Counted from the first letter of the stretch, positions 1 through 12,870 are shown. The stretch: 64,000 bases of DNA from Octopus sinensis (GCF_006345805.1 NC_043002.1:71052001-71116000), one strand, 5' to 3'. A program made the numbers and translations. The notes: generated by a model from the sequence alone, not told the origin.

Positions 1-58
1 ACAAACACTGACGCATAATATTTGTGTGAATAGATAAACACACACACACACACACATA

Positions 59-93
<35 letters not shown>

Positions 94-204
94 GCGCATA
101 TGTGCTTGTGTGTGTGTGTGTGTGTGTGCGTGGATGTATGCGACACTGCTTATATACATGTGTACACGTATGCTTGACGTAAATATGATTTTTTTTTCTT
201 CCAG

Positions 205-271
205 AACTGTTGTTCGACGTCCAATTTTACAAAGTGTGTTCATGCAGATTGTTTTCTCTATTAAATAATTT
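205..271 (+). CDS. Candidate internal exon (phase 1 to 2), peptide LLFDVQFYKVCSCRLFSLLNN
   Basis: Acceptor tttttttttcttccag ending at 204, donor GTGAGT at 272; only one frame is open through the 67 nt. No recognisable homology. Confidence 0.3.
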
Positions 272-594
272 GTGAGTTCAAAAGGAAAATATTCACATCA
301 CAGTGTGTGAATAGCTCTGTTGTTACCTCCTACCAATCAGTGGCTCACAGCTTCAATGCACTGAATTAAACTCACTACCTGCAATGCTATTTATATTTAA
401 AGTCGTCAGTCTTTGTATTTTTGGAAACCAATATAGGTTTGTGTTGCATAACTATATTTACTTACATATGTGCACAATATATACACACATATATATATAA
501 GTATATGTATGTGTGTATCGGTATATATGCATATGTATATATGTATATGTATGTATGTATCTGTGTATGCTTATATATATATATATATATATAT

Positions 595-833
595 GAAGGC
601 GGCGTGCTCGCAGAGACGTTAGCGCGCCGTTGCGAAATGCTTAGTGGTATTTCGTCTGGCGCTACGTTCTGAGTTCAAATTCCGCTGAGGTCAACTTTGC
701 CTTTCATCCTTTCGGGGTCGATTAAATAAGTACCAGTTACGCACTGTGGTCGATATAATCGACTTAATCCGTTTGTCTGTCCTTGTTTGTCGCCTCTGTG
801 TGTAGCCCCTTGTGGGCACTAAAGAAATAAGAA
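595..833 (+). mobile_element. tRNA-derived SINE, abundant cephalopod family
   Basis: B-box-like gagttcaaattcc followed by the family body gaggtcaactttgcctttcatcctttcggggtcgattaaataagtaccag; same body recurs at 10095, 17105, 17341, 19828 and 49480. Confidence 0.85.
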
Positions 834-959
834 ATAATTGGGCAAACCGTAATTTTAGCCGTGTTTTTTAATATTCTGTACTAAAGTAAACTCACAGCCC
901 GAATTCACCGACTGTTTCATGCATATATGCAGTGCGCTTCTTCAGGTGATAACCATGCC

Positions 960-2010
960 TTAAAACACATGGCAAAACGTCATTCAACCAATAAAATGTG
1001 CTTTTCGAGCACCACAATTACCGCAAAACTATTATCCAGATCAAGAAGTTATAACTCCATGTCACAGGCTTCCCCCTTGACCTCCCGCTTCCCAATCCAT
1101 AGCTAAGAACCTTGTACCTCTCTCAAAACACAGTCTGAAATTTTTTGGCTACTTCTTCCCCATCACTTCTTGAACATATACTCTGTATTTGCATCCAATG
1201 TCACATAGCTAATGTTACATAAGGATCTTCAAACACCATTTCTTTCCCCTCCACAAAGTTCTCACACGACCACATGTGCAACATCTACGAAAGAACATCC
1301 ACTCGCTTCAAATAAGCATGGCTAATTACTCTGACAATTTCTCATTTACTTACCTCGAAGTATCCCAGAACTACCTTCAGTGTTCTTCTTATTCTTCAAT
1401 ATATCGTTCTTCGTGTGTACCACGTGATTTTTGGAAATGCACTGCTGTAAGTCCTATTCTCTTTTAGTCCTGCCGCATATCAAAGAATCACATCCAATTC
1501 TAACAACTTAAAAAGTTGAACATATCTCTTGTACAGCTTTCTCTCGGCAGTGCAAATTAATACGTCTTTCGTAAAACCGCACTTACTGGAGATCTATATT
1601 ACTATGACATCCAAAAGCGGGGTTTTGCCTTCGCAAAATTCGGTAAACCTGATATTGTTACACAAAGCTTCAACAGCGCATTCCATTTGATTTCAGGAAA
1701 TAACTGACCAACACATTTTGTAATCTAATCCATCAGAGTGTTGTCTTATCTCTCTGAATATCTACAGCATCAAAGTAGTTCCAAGTACTTAGAGCTGCCT
1801 TATCTCATATCATTTCCATTCAAGCATTTTTGGTTCATATAAAATTTCTTCTCTCGTAAACATATTTGCTCCATAGCTAAGGTCATCCACACTGCAAAAT
1901 CCATTATATCCAGATCTCCCTCTACATCACGCCAGCTCACTTGAATGCTCTCCTAGCAGGGAGTTTTCCCTCCAGCCCTAAAACTTTGCAGCCGTTTGCA
2001 TGGGAAATCT
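960..2010 (-). mobile_element. Heavily decayed LINE remnant, possibly RTE clade
   Basis: Minus-strand fragments resemble YADDL (VDDL) and a downstream SN.IRC-like Cys motif (SNGMRC); many stops and frameshifts. Confidence 0.3.
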
Positions 2011-2340
2011 ATAAACATACACACTTCATAAAGAATAACCCAAATACTATATGTATGCACTGCTGAACATATACAGGCGTACGAATATCTCAGTGTAAAT
2101 CAAAAGCTTGGGATAAATATAGCTATTACGGAGGTTAACCGAGGCTGAAACGCAGTGTAAACACGAACCATCGATGATCTTCACGTACTGAGGAAAAGAA
2201 AAATGGTAAAGTATTTAAGCCGATTGAAGACAGCACCAGTTTCAATTCCATTGCGACAGCAGAGAAACCTTGGCTACTAAAGACTTTGCTACTGAAAAAT
2301 ACACATTTTAAAATGTATATATATATATATATATATATAT

Positions 2341-2510
2341 AGGGAGAATTCACAAAAACAAACAACATACGAAGATAGGTGGTGTAGAAAAATAGATGTA
2401 TGCTCGGGAATTGAAAAAGTCTTTGTTTCAAGCATACGCTCTTCCGCAGAAAGGAACACAGAAAGAAACAAGGAGAGAAATGGGTCTGATGCAAGAAGCA
2501 TTAATTTTCT
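2341..2510 (-). mobile_element. PLE terminal fragment with decayed hammerhead-like motif at 2419-2454
   Basis: Same family as 32395-32700 and 45783-45952; minus strand reads CCTTT CTGCGGA A GAGC GTAT GCTT GAAAC AAAGAC. Confidence 0.6.
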
Positions 2511-2766
2511 TGGGTCCTTCAATTTGCTTCAGTTGACCAATAGACTAATGAAAACTACTGTAAGTCAAGTTTGCCCTGATAAAGAAATAATATGTAATGA
2601 CCATTATTTTTAACTTATTTCTTATAGATTACCCTGTGTAAAATCCAATCTCTCTAGAATCCATCTATGGATTTACAATATAGAACTGTAATGAGCCATA
2701 ACATTGAGACACTACCGAAAGGTTACTATATATATATATAATTATATATATATATATATATATACG

Positions 2767-2850
2767 TCAAAATAAGCAACAAGGATATCCAGAGGTAATG
2801 TAGTACGATCGTACTGCATTACCTCTGGATATCCTTGTTGCTTATTTTGA
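2767..2850. repeat. 84-bp spacerless palindrome
   Basis: tcaaaataagcaacaaggatatccagaggtaatgtagtacga followed by its reverse complement; single T-G mismatch (2801/2816); directly follows (TA)n. Confidence 0.95.
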
Positions 2851-3034
2851 TTTTAGTCACCTTATTTTGAAATTGGATGGATAATACCGTACTAAATTCT
2901 GGTGCATCAACTTAAGTACCTAATTCAACTGAATGTAAATATATTCTATGTTCTTTATTATTTATATGTTTCAGCCCTGAGGCTGTGACCATGCTGAGGT
3001 ACCGCCATTTTAATTACCTTTTAAGCGGCGGATT

Positions 3035-3815
3035 CTATGAAATTGGCTCTAGGTGAGGCGGGAGTTCGATTTCGATACCCTCTTTTGAGTTTCTTGCTTT
3101 GATGATTGGTTCAACTTGGATCTTGGATAGCAAGAGGTCAAGTTGTTTCTTGGAAACATCTATCCACATCCCATAGAGATCCCTCAGATCTTTTGGCAAG
3201 GGGTTATATGGCTGTAGGTCCTTGATTCCCAAGGTATTGTAGTACATGCTCCTCAATTTAGATTTTAAAAGCTAGGACTTTTGGGATAGTGCAGTGGCGT
3301 CTAATTAGAGGTATGGTGTAACTCTCAGTTCCAAAGTTTGTTGTCAGCTCCTCCACCATCTTCCACACATATATTACTGCATACCTCTCCCGACTTCGCT
3401 CCAGGGAATAGAGTCGTAGCTCTTTCACTCTCCCCCAGTAGTTCAGCTGTTCCATTGATGCAAACTTATTTGTGTAATATAGCTGAAGCGTCTCGAGTTC
3501 CGCTATCACTCCTACACAGTAAGGTGACCGCAGTTGAAAGCAGTAGTCCAGACGGATGAGAACAAATGTCCTCCATAGGACCAGAATAGTTTCCTAGTCT
3601 GTTGTTCTGAAGGTTAACAGAATCCATCTGGCCATTTGCCTGCACACTGCCACCTCCTTGCTGACATGCATGTGAAACGAGACATCGTCGCTCATATCAA
3701 TACTAAAATCAGACAACCTATGTGATTGCACATATATATATGAATACATTTCAGGTTGTTCTGAAGATGAATCATCGTAATATAGAAGTAAAGTCCATCT
3801 GGTAGGATTCAACAC
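3035..3815 (-). mobile_element. CR1/L2-type LINE, decayed 3' end of RT ORF
   Basis: Translated fragments MARWILLTFRT, LNYWGRVKELRLYSLERSRERYAVIYVWK and LPKDLRDL..DVSKKQLDLLLS match the typical C-terminus of CR1-group RTs (LYSLERRR motif). Confidence 0.85.
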
Positions 3816-3998
3816 GGTTTCTGTTGCACAGGTTAGGTCGACACGAAGCTATAATAAACGATAAATTATACAAACTAGTTGCCAGAACACTTACTTCCTA
3901 TTCGCCCATTCCTGCATACTTCCACACACATACACACAAATACTCATAAACACACTTTTAAATGCACACATACTCATACGCACAAGAATGTACGTGTG

Positions 3999-4098
<100 letters not shown>

Positions 4099-4145
4099 GT
4101 ATATGTATAATGCATATAATATATGTGAAAATGATAATAAATGCG

Positions 4146-4388
4146 ACCTTTTAAAGATAACCAAGCTCATGGGTCCGGTTTTCCCGGTTTCAATGGCGTA
4201 TGCGTTCCCCAGCTGGTCGGGACGCCAGTCCATTGCAGCGGTACTCATTTTTGCCAGCTGAGTAGACTGGAGCAACGTGAAATGAAGTGTCTTGCTCAAG
4301 AACACAACGCGTCGCCCGATCCAGGAATCGAAACTACAATCTTACGATCATGATGCTGACACCCTAACCCCTAAGCCGCACGCCTCCG
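4146..4388 (-). mobile_element. tRNA-headed CORE-like SINE
   Basis: Minus strand has B-box gtttcgattcc and CORE-like gttcttgagcaagacacttcatttcacgttgctcc; related copy at 61312. Confidence 0.8.
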
Positions 4389-4416
4389 CGTATAATATAT
4401 ATACATGCATACATAT

Positions 4417-4450
<34 letters not shown>

Positions 4451-4468
4451 ATATAATATATATATATA

Positions 4469-5419
4469 TCAACAATCAAGGAACGGCCATAATAGGCCAT
4501 TCACCCACTAGAAATAACAGCCAAAGCTTCAACCGCAAATAAAAATCAATTCCGTAAACCAGGAGAAAATTTAAAAAAACATTTACCCTGTAATTTCTTA
4601 TACGATGCACCGTTTCATCTGCTGTTTAATGGTAAACTAACCTGATTAAATTAAATCAAGCCAATCTCCATAGGCCCTCAGATTCTTCAGTAAGAAATAG
4701 CCAAGTCGGAACAGATATTTTCACGAGGCATTTCCGACCCTGCCAAGGCAATATCTGACCTAAAATTTTCAAATCATCGCACTCGCGCCAAATTTATCGG
4801 CAGCAAATAAATATAAGCCGTCGATTCCATTACGGAACTAACCAGAAAATTCATAATTAATCAATATAGGGTGGCAAAAAAATTTTGTAGAATTTTTTTG
4901 CCACAAGCGGCCTAGTGGGAAAAAATTAAATATGAATTTTCTAGTTAGTTCCGTAATGGAATCGACGGCTTATATTTATTTGCTGCCGATAAATTTGGCG
5001 CGAGTGCGATGATTTGAAAATTTTAGGTCAGATATTGCCTTGGCAGGGTCGGAAATGCCTCGTGAAAATATCTGTTCCGACTTGGCTATTTCTTACTGAA
5101 GAATCTGAGGGCCTATGGAAGATTGGCTTGATTTAATTTAATCAGGTTAGTTTACCATTAAACAGCAGATGAAACGGTGCATCGTATAAGAAATTACAGG
5201 GTAAATGTTTTTTAAATTTTCTCCTGGTTTACGGAATTGATTTTTATTTGCGGTTGAAGCTTTGGCTGTTATTTCTAGTGGGTGAATGGCCTATTATGGC
5301 CGTTCCTTGATTGTTGATGTTGAACTTAAAAATGGTCTATGACTATTTAATTTTTTGCCACTAGGCCGCTGGTGGCAAAAAAATTCTACAAAATTTTTTT
5401 GCCACCCTATATTGATTAA
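4469..5419. repeat. Inverted duplication with A-B-A'-x-B' architecture
   Basis: Arms 4469-4855 and 4931-5317 (387 bp, about 3 differences); the spacer 4856-4930 reappears inverted at ~5344-5419; (TA)n on both sides. Confidence 0.95.
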
Positions 5420-5531
5420 ATATATATATATATATATATATTCATATATATAAATATATATGTGTATGTACGTGTGTAATATATAAAATATATACATATA
5501 TTGACATGTATATAGTTATATACGCATGCAC

Positions 5532-5585
<54 letters not shown>

Positions 5586-6104
5586 CACATGCGAGCGTGT
5601 GTATATATGTATACATATTGGGATCTATGTTTATAGTCAACGTTCTATGAATATATTCATCGAACCATACTTCTGAGCGCGTGTTTGCATGTGTGTAAGA
5701 TGGGGAATGTCCCTAGGCGGATTCTTAGCTGTATGTATATTGTTACAATCATTTCGTTAATAATGCATTCTGCTTCTTTTGCCGCAATCGATGCGTGCGC
5801 CGGATACGGCATTCTCAGACGCACTTATTCTTCTAAGTATATCTTTTCGATATCGTTCCGCTAAGGTCGACTTGCCCTTTTTTCAGCCTGGGGTTACTGC
5901 TGAAAAATACTGAATGCTTATCTATTCATTATGCCATGTATCCATTGACGAGAGTGGTGATCAGGCCTAGAGCTCCATACGTTATATAGAAAATGCATGC
6001 ATGTTTGTATTTCTAACTTTGATAAGTTTCAAGATCATATCCCCGGAATCATATATTTGAATATTATCAGAATATACCATGGAGATAATATGAATAATAA
6101 AAAA

Positions 6105-6147
<43 letters not shown>

Positions 6148-6220
6148 TGTAGTGGTGTTGGTGGTGGTGGTGGTTTTAGTAGTAGTAGTAGTAGTAGTAG
6201 TAGTAATGATAATAATAATG
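6105..6220. repeat. (AGT)n/(GGT)n/(TAA)n compound microsatellite
   Basis: Direct reading; abuts the 5' end of the R4-type element. Confidence 0.95.
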
Positions 6221-6224
6221 CAAT

Positions 6225-9170
6225 AGCGTAAACAGCTAATAGATTAAGGGGAAGGAAGTGTACCAGCGAAAAATACAGGATAGTGATGCAGTGCTACTGA
6301 GAAAGTGTACCTAAAAGAAGGGAGCTACAGAAAACGGATGTTAACACATTGGGTAGAGAAGGGTATGTTTAAAGTGACTGAGCAGAGATTAGTAGATCAA
6401 GCTAATGCTATTAGGAGAAGAAAGTGGATGACAGAAGTGGTGGTCGAAGAGGTCACAAAAAAGAAAAATAGAAGAGGAAGACCAAGGAAGTGGTAAGACA
6501 AACAACAACGCAAGAGATACAGTTCAAAGAACCTAAACAAAACATATAATAAAAGCCCTACCAATAAGGAAAGGACAATTGGCACCAGCGACTTCAGTTA
6601 TTTAGGTAAGGAAGATCAGAAGATCTTTAGATGAGTTGCAGGTAGTAATGAGTAAAGAAATAAGAAAAAGACGGCCAATATTAAACGGTACAGCAGAAGG
6701 AATCTGCTAAATATGACTAGGAAAGTAGGTTCGGTAATCTGTAGGATAGATACTGATAATATAGGAGACATTTAATTATTGATCTATGCAGGGGGGGGGT
6801 AATCTTCTCTTCTTCTTAATCCTTTTTGCCCCTTGTGGTGCATAGGGCCTCAACAATTGATTTCCACTTTTTGCGGTCCATGGCGTTTTTTGGCTGTTTC
6901 CCATGTCAGACCTAAGCTCGTCCAAAATGCTCCGCTTCCATGTCTGCTTCGGGCGTCCTCGCTTCCTTTTCCCCTGCGGGTTCTAGTCAAGTGCTTGTCG
7001 TGTCACATTTGAGGGTTCTTTCCGCAGTGTGTCTCCATTTCCTTCGTCAAATCTGAACATGTATGGGCTCCTGGTTGACCCTTTCCCACAGGACGGTGTT
7101 TGGCACACTGTCGAACCACTTCAGATGGAGGATTTGCCGGAGATATTTGTTGATGAAGGTCTGGATCTTCTTGTAGTTACTGCAGGTGGCTCTCCATGCT
7201 TCAGAGCCATACAAAAGCGCATATTTTACGTTTGAACTAAATAAGCGGAGTAGAAGTGGTAGTAGTCACTAGAAAATTAGATATCTCACAGAGAAAGATT
7301 AAAAAAGAGCAAATGTGGAAAAGGAGACTTCTATTCCATTCTGAATGGAATAGAAACTTGGAAACTGAACAAGTTAGAAAACAAATCTTCCCTCAAGAAA
7401 ATACACATAGTCAAAGGGAATGAATCTGGGATAGTAATAGAAGAGCTGCAATAGCGTATCCTAGTAGTAGCAGGCAAGCTCTCCAGATATATGAAAAGCA
7501 TAGATCAACAGAATAGATTATTTCAGACAAACCAGGGTAAATTTTATAACCAAATATATAGTGGAAAAAAAGTACTGAAGATGAGAAACCTAATACAGAA
7601 GGCGCTAGAAGGGTATTGAGTAATATTTGGGGCAAGCCAGTCAATCATAATGGAGATGCAGTATGGTTAAAAAAGTGAGGGAAGAAATACCGAGTGAGAA
7701 GAAGCCATATCTAAGACTAACTAGTGCATTAATGAGTAAAGTGTTATAAAAAATGCCGAACTAGAAGGGCCCAGGACCAGGTTTAGTTAAGGGATACTTG
7801 CGAAAGAAATACAGTAGTTTACATGGGAGGCTGAAGGAACAACTTCAGGATTGCCTTAATGGAGGAATAATGCCAGATTCGGAGGAATATTTAATTGTTG
7901 AGTAGGAAATATGACACTCGGAACTCTCCTCTTACAACAAAACAATATCCCACAATGCATTTGCAGTATCAATACTGATCCCAACATTTGGGACGCTTGA
8001 TTGTTTTTATAGAGGAAATCCACTTCATAGATATCAAAACCCGCAAAATCCTGACGATAACTGAGAAATTCCATAGAAACAGTGATGTTGACAGGCTCTA
8101 CCTAAGAAGAAATGAAGGTGGTTGAGACCTGAGATCAGTGCAGACGGCCTTCGAATGCCGTGTGTTATCACTCAGGCAACACCTGCTAAATAATAGCAAC
8201 AAAGATAAATATATTAATGCAGTCCTGAAAAGTTAAGGGAGCAACATTGTACGAGTTGGCAGTGAACTTCTCAAGATACACACTCTTCCTGATGATCTCA
8301 TATACAGCCCCAAAACAGCTGGGCAGAGAAAACCGGGATGGAAAGCGCTCCGCATACAAAAAAGGAGAGACCATGCATGAGTATGTTGCCTGGAAGCTTG
8401 AAGAAGACGGTAGAATTAACATGAAGCGAAGCCTCTCTTCGACACAAGACCACTATATCACATCACACTTTGCAATCCAGGAACAGGAGATTGCCACATA
8501 GCACCTGGTGAACTGGAGAAACAGTGGTCCTCTTATAATCCCAAAGTGCAACCGCATGTGTAAGCTATGTCATGTTTCAGTGGAAGATATTACGCATGTG
8601 ATTAGAAGCTGTCCTAAAATGTCGTCACGGTACTACCTCCCTATGCGGCACGATGTTGTTGCTAAATCAATTTACAATGCCATCCTCAAATAGATTATAC
8701 TGAATTAAAATTCCTCTATTACGGAATACATTCATAAACACCAACTCAAAGAATACTGGTGGAATATTCCCATCAAAACTTCTGTCAAATGTAAGCGTAT
8801 TGATGTTTGGGACAGAGGGGGCAAAGGTGTGTACCATCATAGAAGTTAGCTGCCCTGTAGATATAAATAAGGATATCTATGTACATCTGCCTCGAAACCT
8901 CCAGCATCGATATCCAGGTATGAATTCATCTTCATACCAACAATAATTGGAGCTTAATGTAGAATCTGGGTAAACTGGGATTTTCAGAAAGAAACATTGA
9001 CCGGCTGATTCGTACATTACATGTCCAATCTATGATTGGAACAGTAAAAATATGCAAGACTTTTCTCAAATTCCAAATGTGAATTTGTCTGTGTGAATTA
9101 CACCTCAAAGATGGAACCTTGTATTTTTGTTGGAATTCGGGTCCCTCTACAGTGGAAGCTTTATAATAAT
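6225..9170 (+). mobile_element. R4/Dong-clade non-LTR retrotransposon, decayed, RT core missing (internal deletion or two-family chimera)
   Basis: N-terminal YRKRMLTHWVEKGMFKVTEQRLVDQANAIRRRKW; QQNRLFQTNQGKFY; DVDRLYLRRNEGG; CCHC knuckle CKLCHVSVEDITHVIRSCPKMSSRYYLPMRHDVVAK; REL-endonuclease region EYWWNIPIKTSVKC..IIEVSCP. Confidence 0.85.
6803..7235 (-). mobile_element. RTE-clade LINE 3' fragment nested in the R4 element
   Basis: Minus translation TLRKEPSNVTRQALD.NPQGKRKRGRPKQTWKRS..IVEALCTTRGKKD* followed by an (AAG)-like tail. Confidence 0.85.
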
Positions 9171-9218
9171 TAAAAAACAGAAGATACATACATACATACA
9201 TACATACATACATACATA

Positions 9219-9256
<38 letters not shown>

Positions 9257-9372
9257 ACTTACAAGGCATCAGTTGGCGGAGGCTATGGCTATAGTAGAAG
9301 ACATTTTCCCCAGATGCCACGCAGTGGGACTAAAACCGAAACCCTGTTGTTCGAGAGAAAACCTCTTACAAA
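9257..9372 (-). mobile_element. CORE-type SINE fragment
   Basis: gccacgcagtgggactaaaaccg..; same family as 15300-15470, 27670-27780 and 40625-40790. Confidence 0.75.
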
Positions 9373-9447
9373 ACACGCATGCGTCCCTCTCTGTCCTTCT
9401 CACTCACTGTTTGTCTGTGGGTACGTGTATGTATGTATGTATGTATG

Positions 9448-9478
<31 letters not shown>

Positions 9479-9481
9479 GTA

Positions 9482-9515
<34 letters not shown>

Positions 9516-9516
9516 G

Positions 9517-9552
<36 letters not shown>

Positions 9553-10094
9553 TATATATATATATATCCATATGTTACACATATATATCTATATATATAT
9601 ATAAACATACACACACACAACACATACATACATACATACATACATACATACATACATACATACATACATACATACATACATACGTTTATATATTATAAGT
9701 GCCTGAATGTCAAATATGTTACTTTTTCTTTATCAACCTCATGTCCTCAGAAACCAAGGAGGATATTCGTGATACATTTTTTAACGGATTTTGATAACAG
9801 GCAATAACGGAGAGCTCCTTCCAGGTACAAACAATGCTGTCCATCGATGCTGCGCACATAGTTTGGCATCAATCAGAACGAAGGGAAATATAACGTCGAA
9901 CTGACTTAAGGGTCCAACACCTAATTTGTATTTGATCAAATCAGCCGCATTATAGGTTATTACGGGTGTTTTTTTTTTAATCGATTCTTGAAAGACAAAT
10001 TATAAAGTTAACTGTGAACAGCATAAGCTGCGGGAACAGTTCTGCTAGCTCTACATCAGCTTTAGCTCAAAGTTACCCTCTTATTTTTATTGCC

Positions 10095-10230
10095 CACAAG
10101 AGCCAAACATTGAGGGAGCAAAGAAGGATGTACAAAGAGATTAAGTCGATTACATAACTTGTACTTAATTTATCGACCCCGAAAGGATGAAAGGCAGTGA
10201 CGACCTCGGCGTAATTTGAACTCAAAAGCT
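10095..10230 (-). mobile_element. SINE fragment
   Basis: ttatcgaccccgaaaggatgaaaggc..cgacctcggcgtaatttgaactca is the reverse complement of the 595-833 family body. Confidence 0.8.
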
Positions 10231-11498
10231 GTAGCTCAAAGTTATCTTCGATAGGGTTTAAACAATGAACAGTAGCAGCGGAAAGTGATACCGCAAATTT
10301 CTGCACATCCGTTCTGGTCGAGTATACATAATCGACGACGTTGTATCTAATATCATCCAGTATATTTGTATATGTAGAATCGTTAATGTTTTGTGAAATC
10401 TTCATTCTGTAAGTCGTTATAGGGCGATTTCTGCGTGATTCTTATTTTTTTTATTTCTAGCTGATCGAATGACTACGTAAATGGTCCTTTCGTTTACAGG
10501 GTGATAAATATTGAGATGTAATAGATTGAGTAACAATTGATAATTCCAGTAAAAATTCAGGAAAGCATCGTTATACAACTCAAATAAAACTATGAAAATA
10601 TCTATGGACACATACTATTATTATATTTATTTTATGATCCATAAGCGTTTTGCTCTTTCCATTAAAAATCAACAAAAATAAGCTAACAAACTATATGTTC
10701 TGTGGCTTTCTTTATGCCTTGTCAAAGTTATATGCATTATCTATGTTTATGCATTCTTTCCTCTGTATTAAGCTTTCGGGTCCTATCATTGGAATTTTCA
10801 ATATACGAAGCTAATTCAAATGAATAATAAAAAGAATGTTTCTCTTCTAATGGTATCAGTGTTCTCAAATGATTTAAATTTTGAATTCGAGAGTGTATCT
10901 CTTTCTATGGAAATTATCAAAATCCATTCATTTCTCATATCAATTTTGTGAGGCAAATATTCTATGACACACATATATCGATATTAATATCTCTCTTGAA
11001 GTTCTTAGATAATGCACTCTGTTAATCTCATTGGCAACGATCACGTAATCGCTAGCGTCAAAGTTATCCTTAAACCTAAACAAACTGTGCTTCCAGCGGT
11101 TATACGGCTGTCTCCATACATTTGATCAGATGGCCATTAGATTTTAATCGTCTCAAAGCCTCGCTCCATAACATTGATGTTACAGGTACTTAATAATTCG
11201 AAGAAGTGAAAATTCTGCACGCAACTTAATGGTGTCTACTATAATAGAATAGTTTTCTCTCTACATCTATTCTTCATACCCTCTTACTTATTTGTTGAAA
11301 CATACTAGATATTTAGTAAGCGGTTCAGATGACAATGAAGCCACATTAAAGTTATACGAACAAACAATGTAGACATGAATATAAATACGCTTCTCTAAAA
11401 CCAATGAAGTAGAATATCTTATATAAATTCTCATTTATTGTGATCCATCCCTTTTAAAATGTCACATCTGTCTATCTATCTATCTGTGTTAATATGCA

Positions 11499-11570
<72 letters not shown>

Positions 11571-11629
11571 CAGAAATATTAATTTCTAAATATCTCATAG
11601 AGATATGTAAGGTGGTGGGGCGATATAAT

Positions 11630-11850
11630 AGTCGTATACTGTCAATTTAACGTGACAGTAGGGGATTACACCACCGCTGTTTAGCCATAGGAAGCATCGA
11701 ACGCTTCCTTTCGGCTTCGACACATTTACTGTGTCCTTATATATATTTACGAAGGGGAGACAAATACCCTCAACAGCTAGACCTGCATCTAGAGACACGC
11801 ATGTTTCAGGGTCTTTGCCCATCATCGGTCTAGAGTAGCAGATATACATA
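11630..11850 (-). mobile_element. PLE-type terminal fragment
   Basis: Carries a hammerhead-like motif at 11788-11834; follows a (TA)n tract. Confidence 0.45.
11788..11834 (-). ncRNA. Minimal type-I hammerhead-like motif (class C)
   Basis: Minus strand: TCTAGA CCGATGA T GGG CAAAGA CCC T GAA ACATGCGTGT C TCTAGA; 6-bp helix I, 3-bp GC helix II, near-palindromic helix III, GUC site; core has C at position 4. Confidence 0.45.
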
Positions 11851-12579
11851 TATCTACACTTTGATTATCATAAAAGATATGCAGTGATAAACATATGGAA
11901 TATTCTGGTATGTCTAGCAGGCAAGTTTGGCGGTGAATGCTATACGAACCACGGAACTGGATAGCACTGTACAGTAACAATGATCACGTCTTCCAATTCT
12001 AGAGTAAGGACCCAGTATTGTAAGAGCTTGGATTTGAAGGTTCCACAACTATTGTCCATTCTGCTAGATAGCCAGAGACGTTTGCAAGGTGTAGATGTGA
12101 GGGCTTTCTAACAACGTCCGGGAAATGTTTTATCTGAGAAACCAGGTGAACATCTCAGTATATCTAGCGGGACTGTCCCTCCTTTGTACATCTAACTCAT
12201 ACGACACAAGCTGCACAGATTCATGCAACACAATCAGATGCTAACCATCCTAACCATGACACACAGTTCCAGCATGATTCGAGATGATCGTCGTACTGAA
12301 TAAAGATTAATGCTAAACCTACCTACCGCTTTCCTCATGAATTATACACACACACACATACACACACATATATGTATATACATACATACATACATACATA
12401 CATACATACATACATACATACATACATACATACATACATACATACATACACACACACATACATACACAGTTATGGAAAAAGAAAACACAATTGTGATTTA
12501 TTTTTATCAAAAAAAATATTTTAAGTTATGATAAAAGTATTATAATAGATAAATAAATTTTATATTATGATTGTTGTCT

Positions 12580-12870
12580 TTCGTTCCTTCTCGAGCCATG
12601 CCTGGCTCATAAAGGCCAGTTTTCACGGTTTCATTGGCGCATAGTTACCCTATCTGGACAGGACGCCGGTCCATCACAGGGGAGCAGCTAGATGCAGGAG
12701 GAAGGAGTGAGAGAAAATTGTGGCGAAAGACTCAGCAGAGATTCGCCATTACCTTCTGCCAGAACCGCATGGAGCTTAGGTGTTTCGCTCGTAAACACAA
12801 ACATCGCCAGGTCTGAGATTCGAACCCGCGAGTCCGCTGCTCTAATCACTATGCCATGTGCTACCACATT
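12580..12870 (-). mobile_element. tRNA-headed SINE
   Basis: Minus B-box gggttcgaatctc and a gatggaccggcgtcctgtccag-type 3' body. Confidence 0.75.

Noticed and set aside
1354-1444. Minus-strand exon-like segments (1354-1444 with GAG|GTAAGT; others near 1583 and 1940)
   Set aside because: Neighbouring candidates are not phase-compatible and the region looks like a decayed LINE; illustrates how easily chance splice signals arise here.
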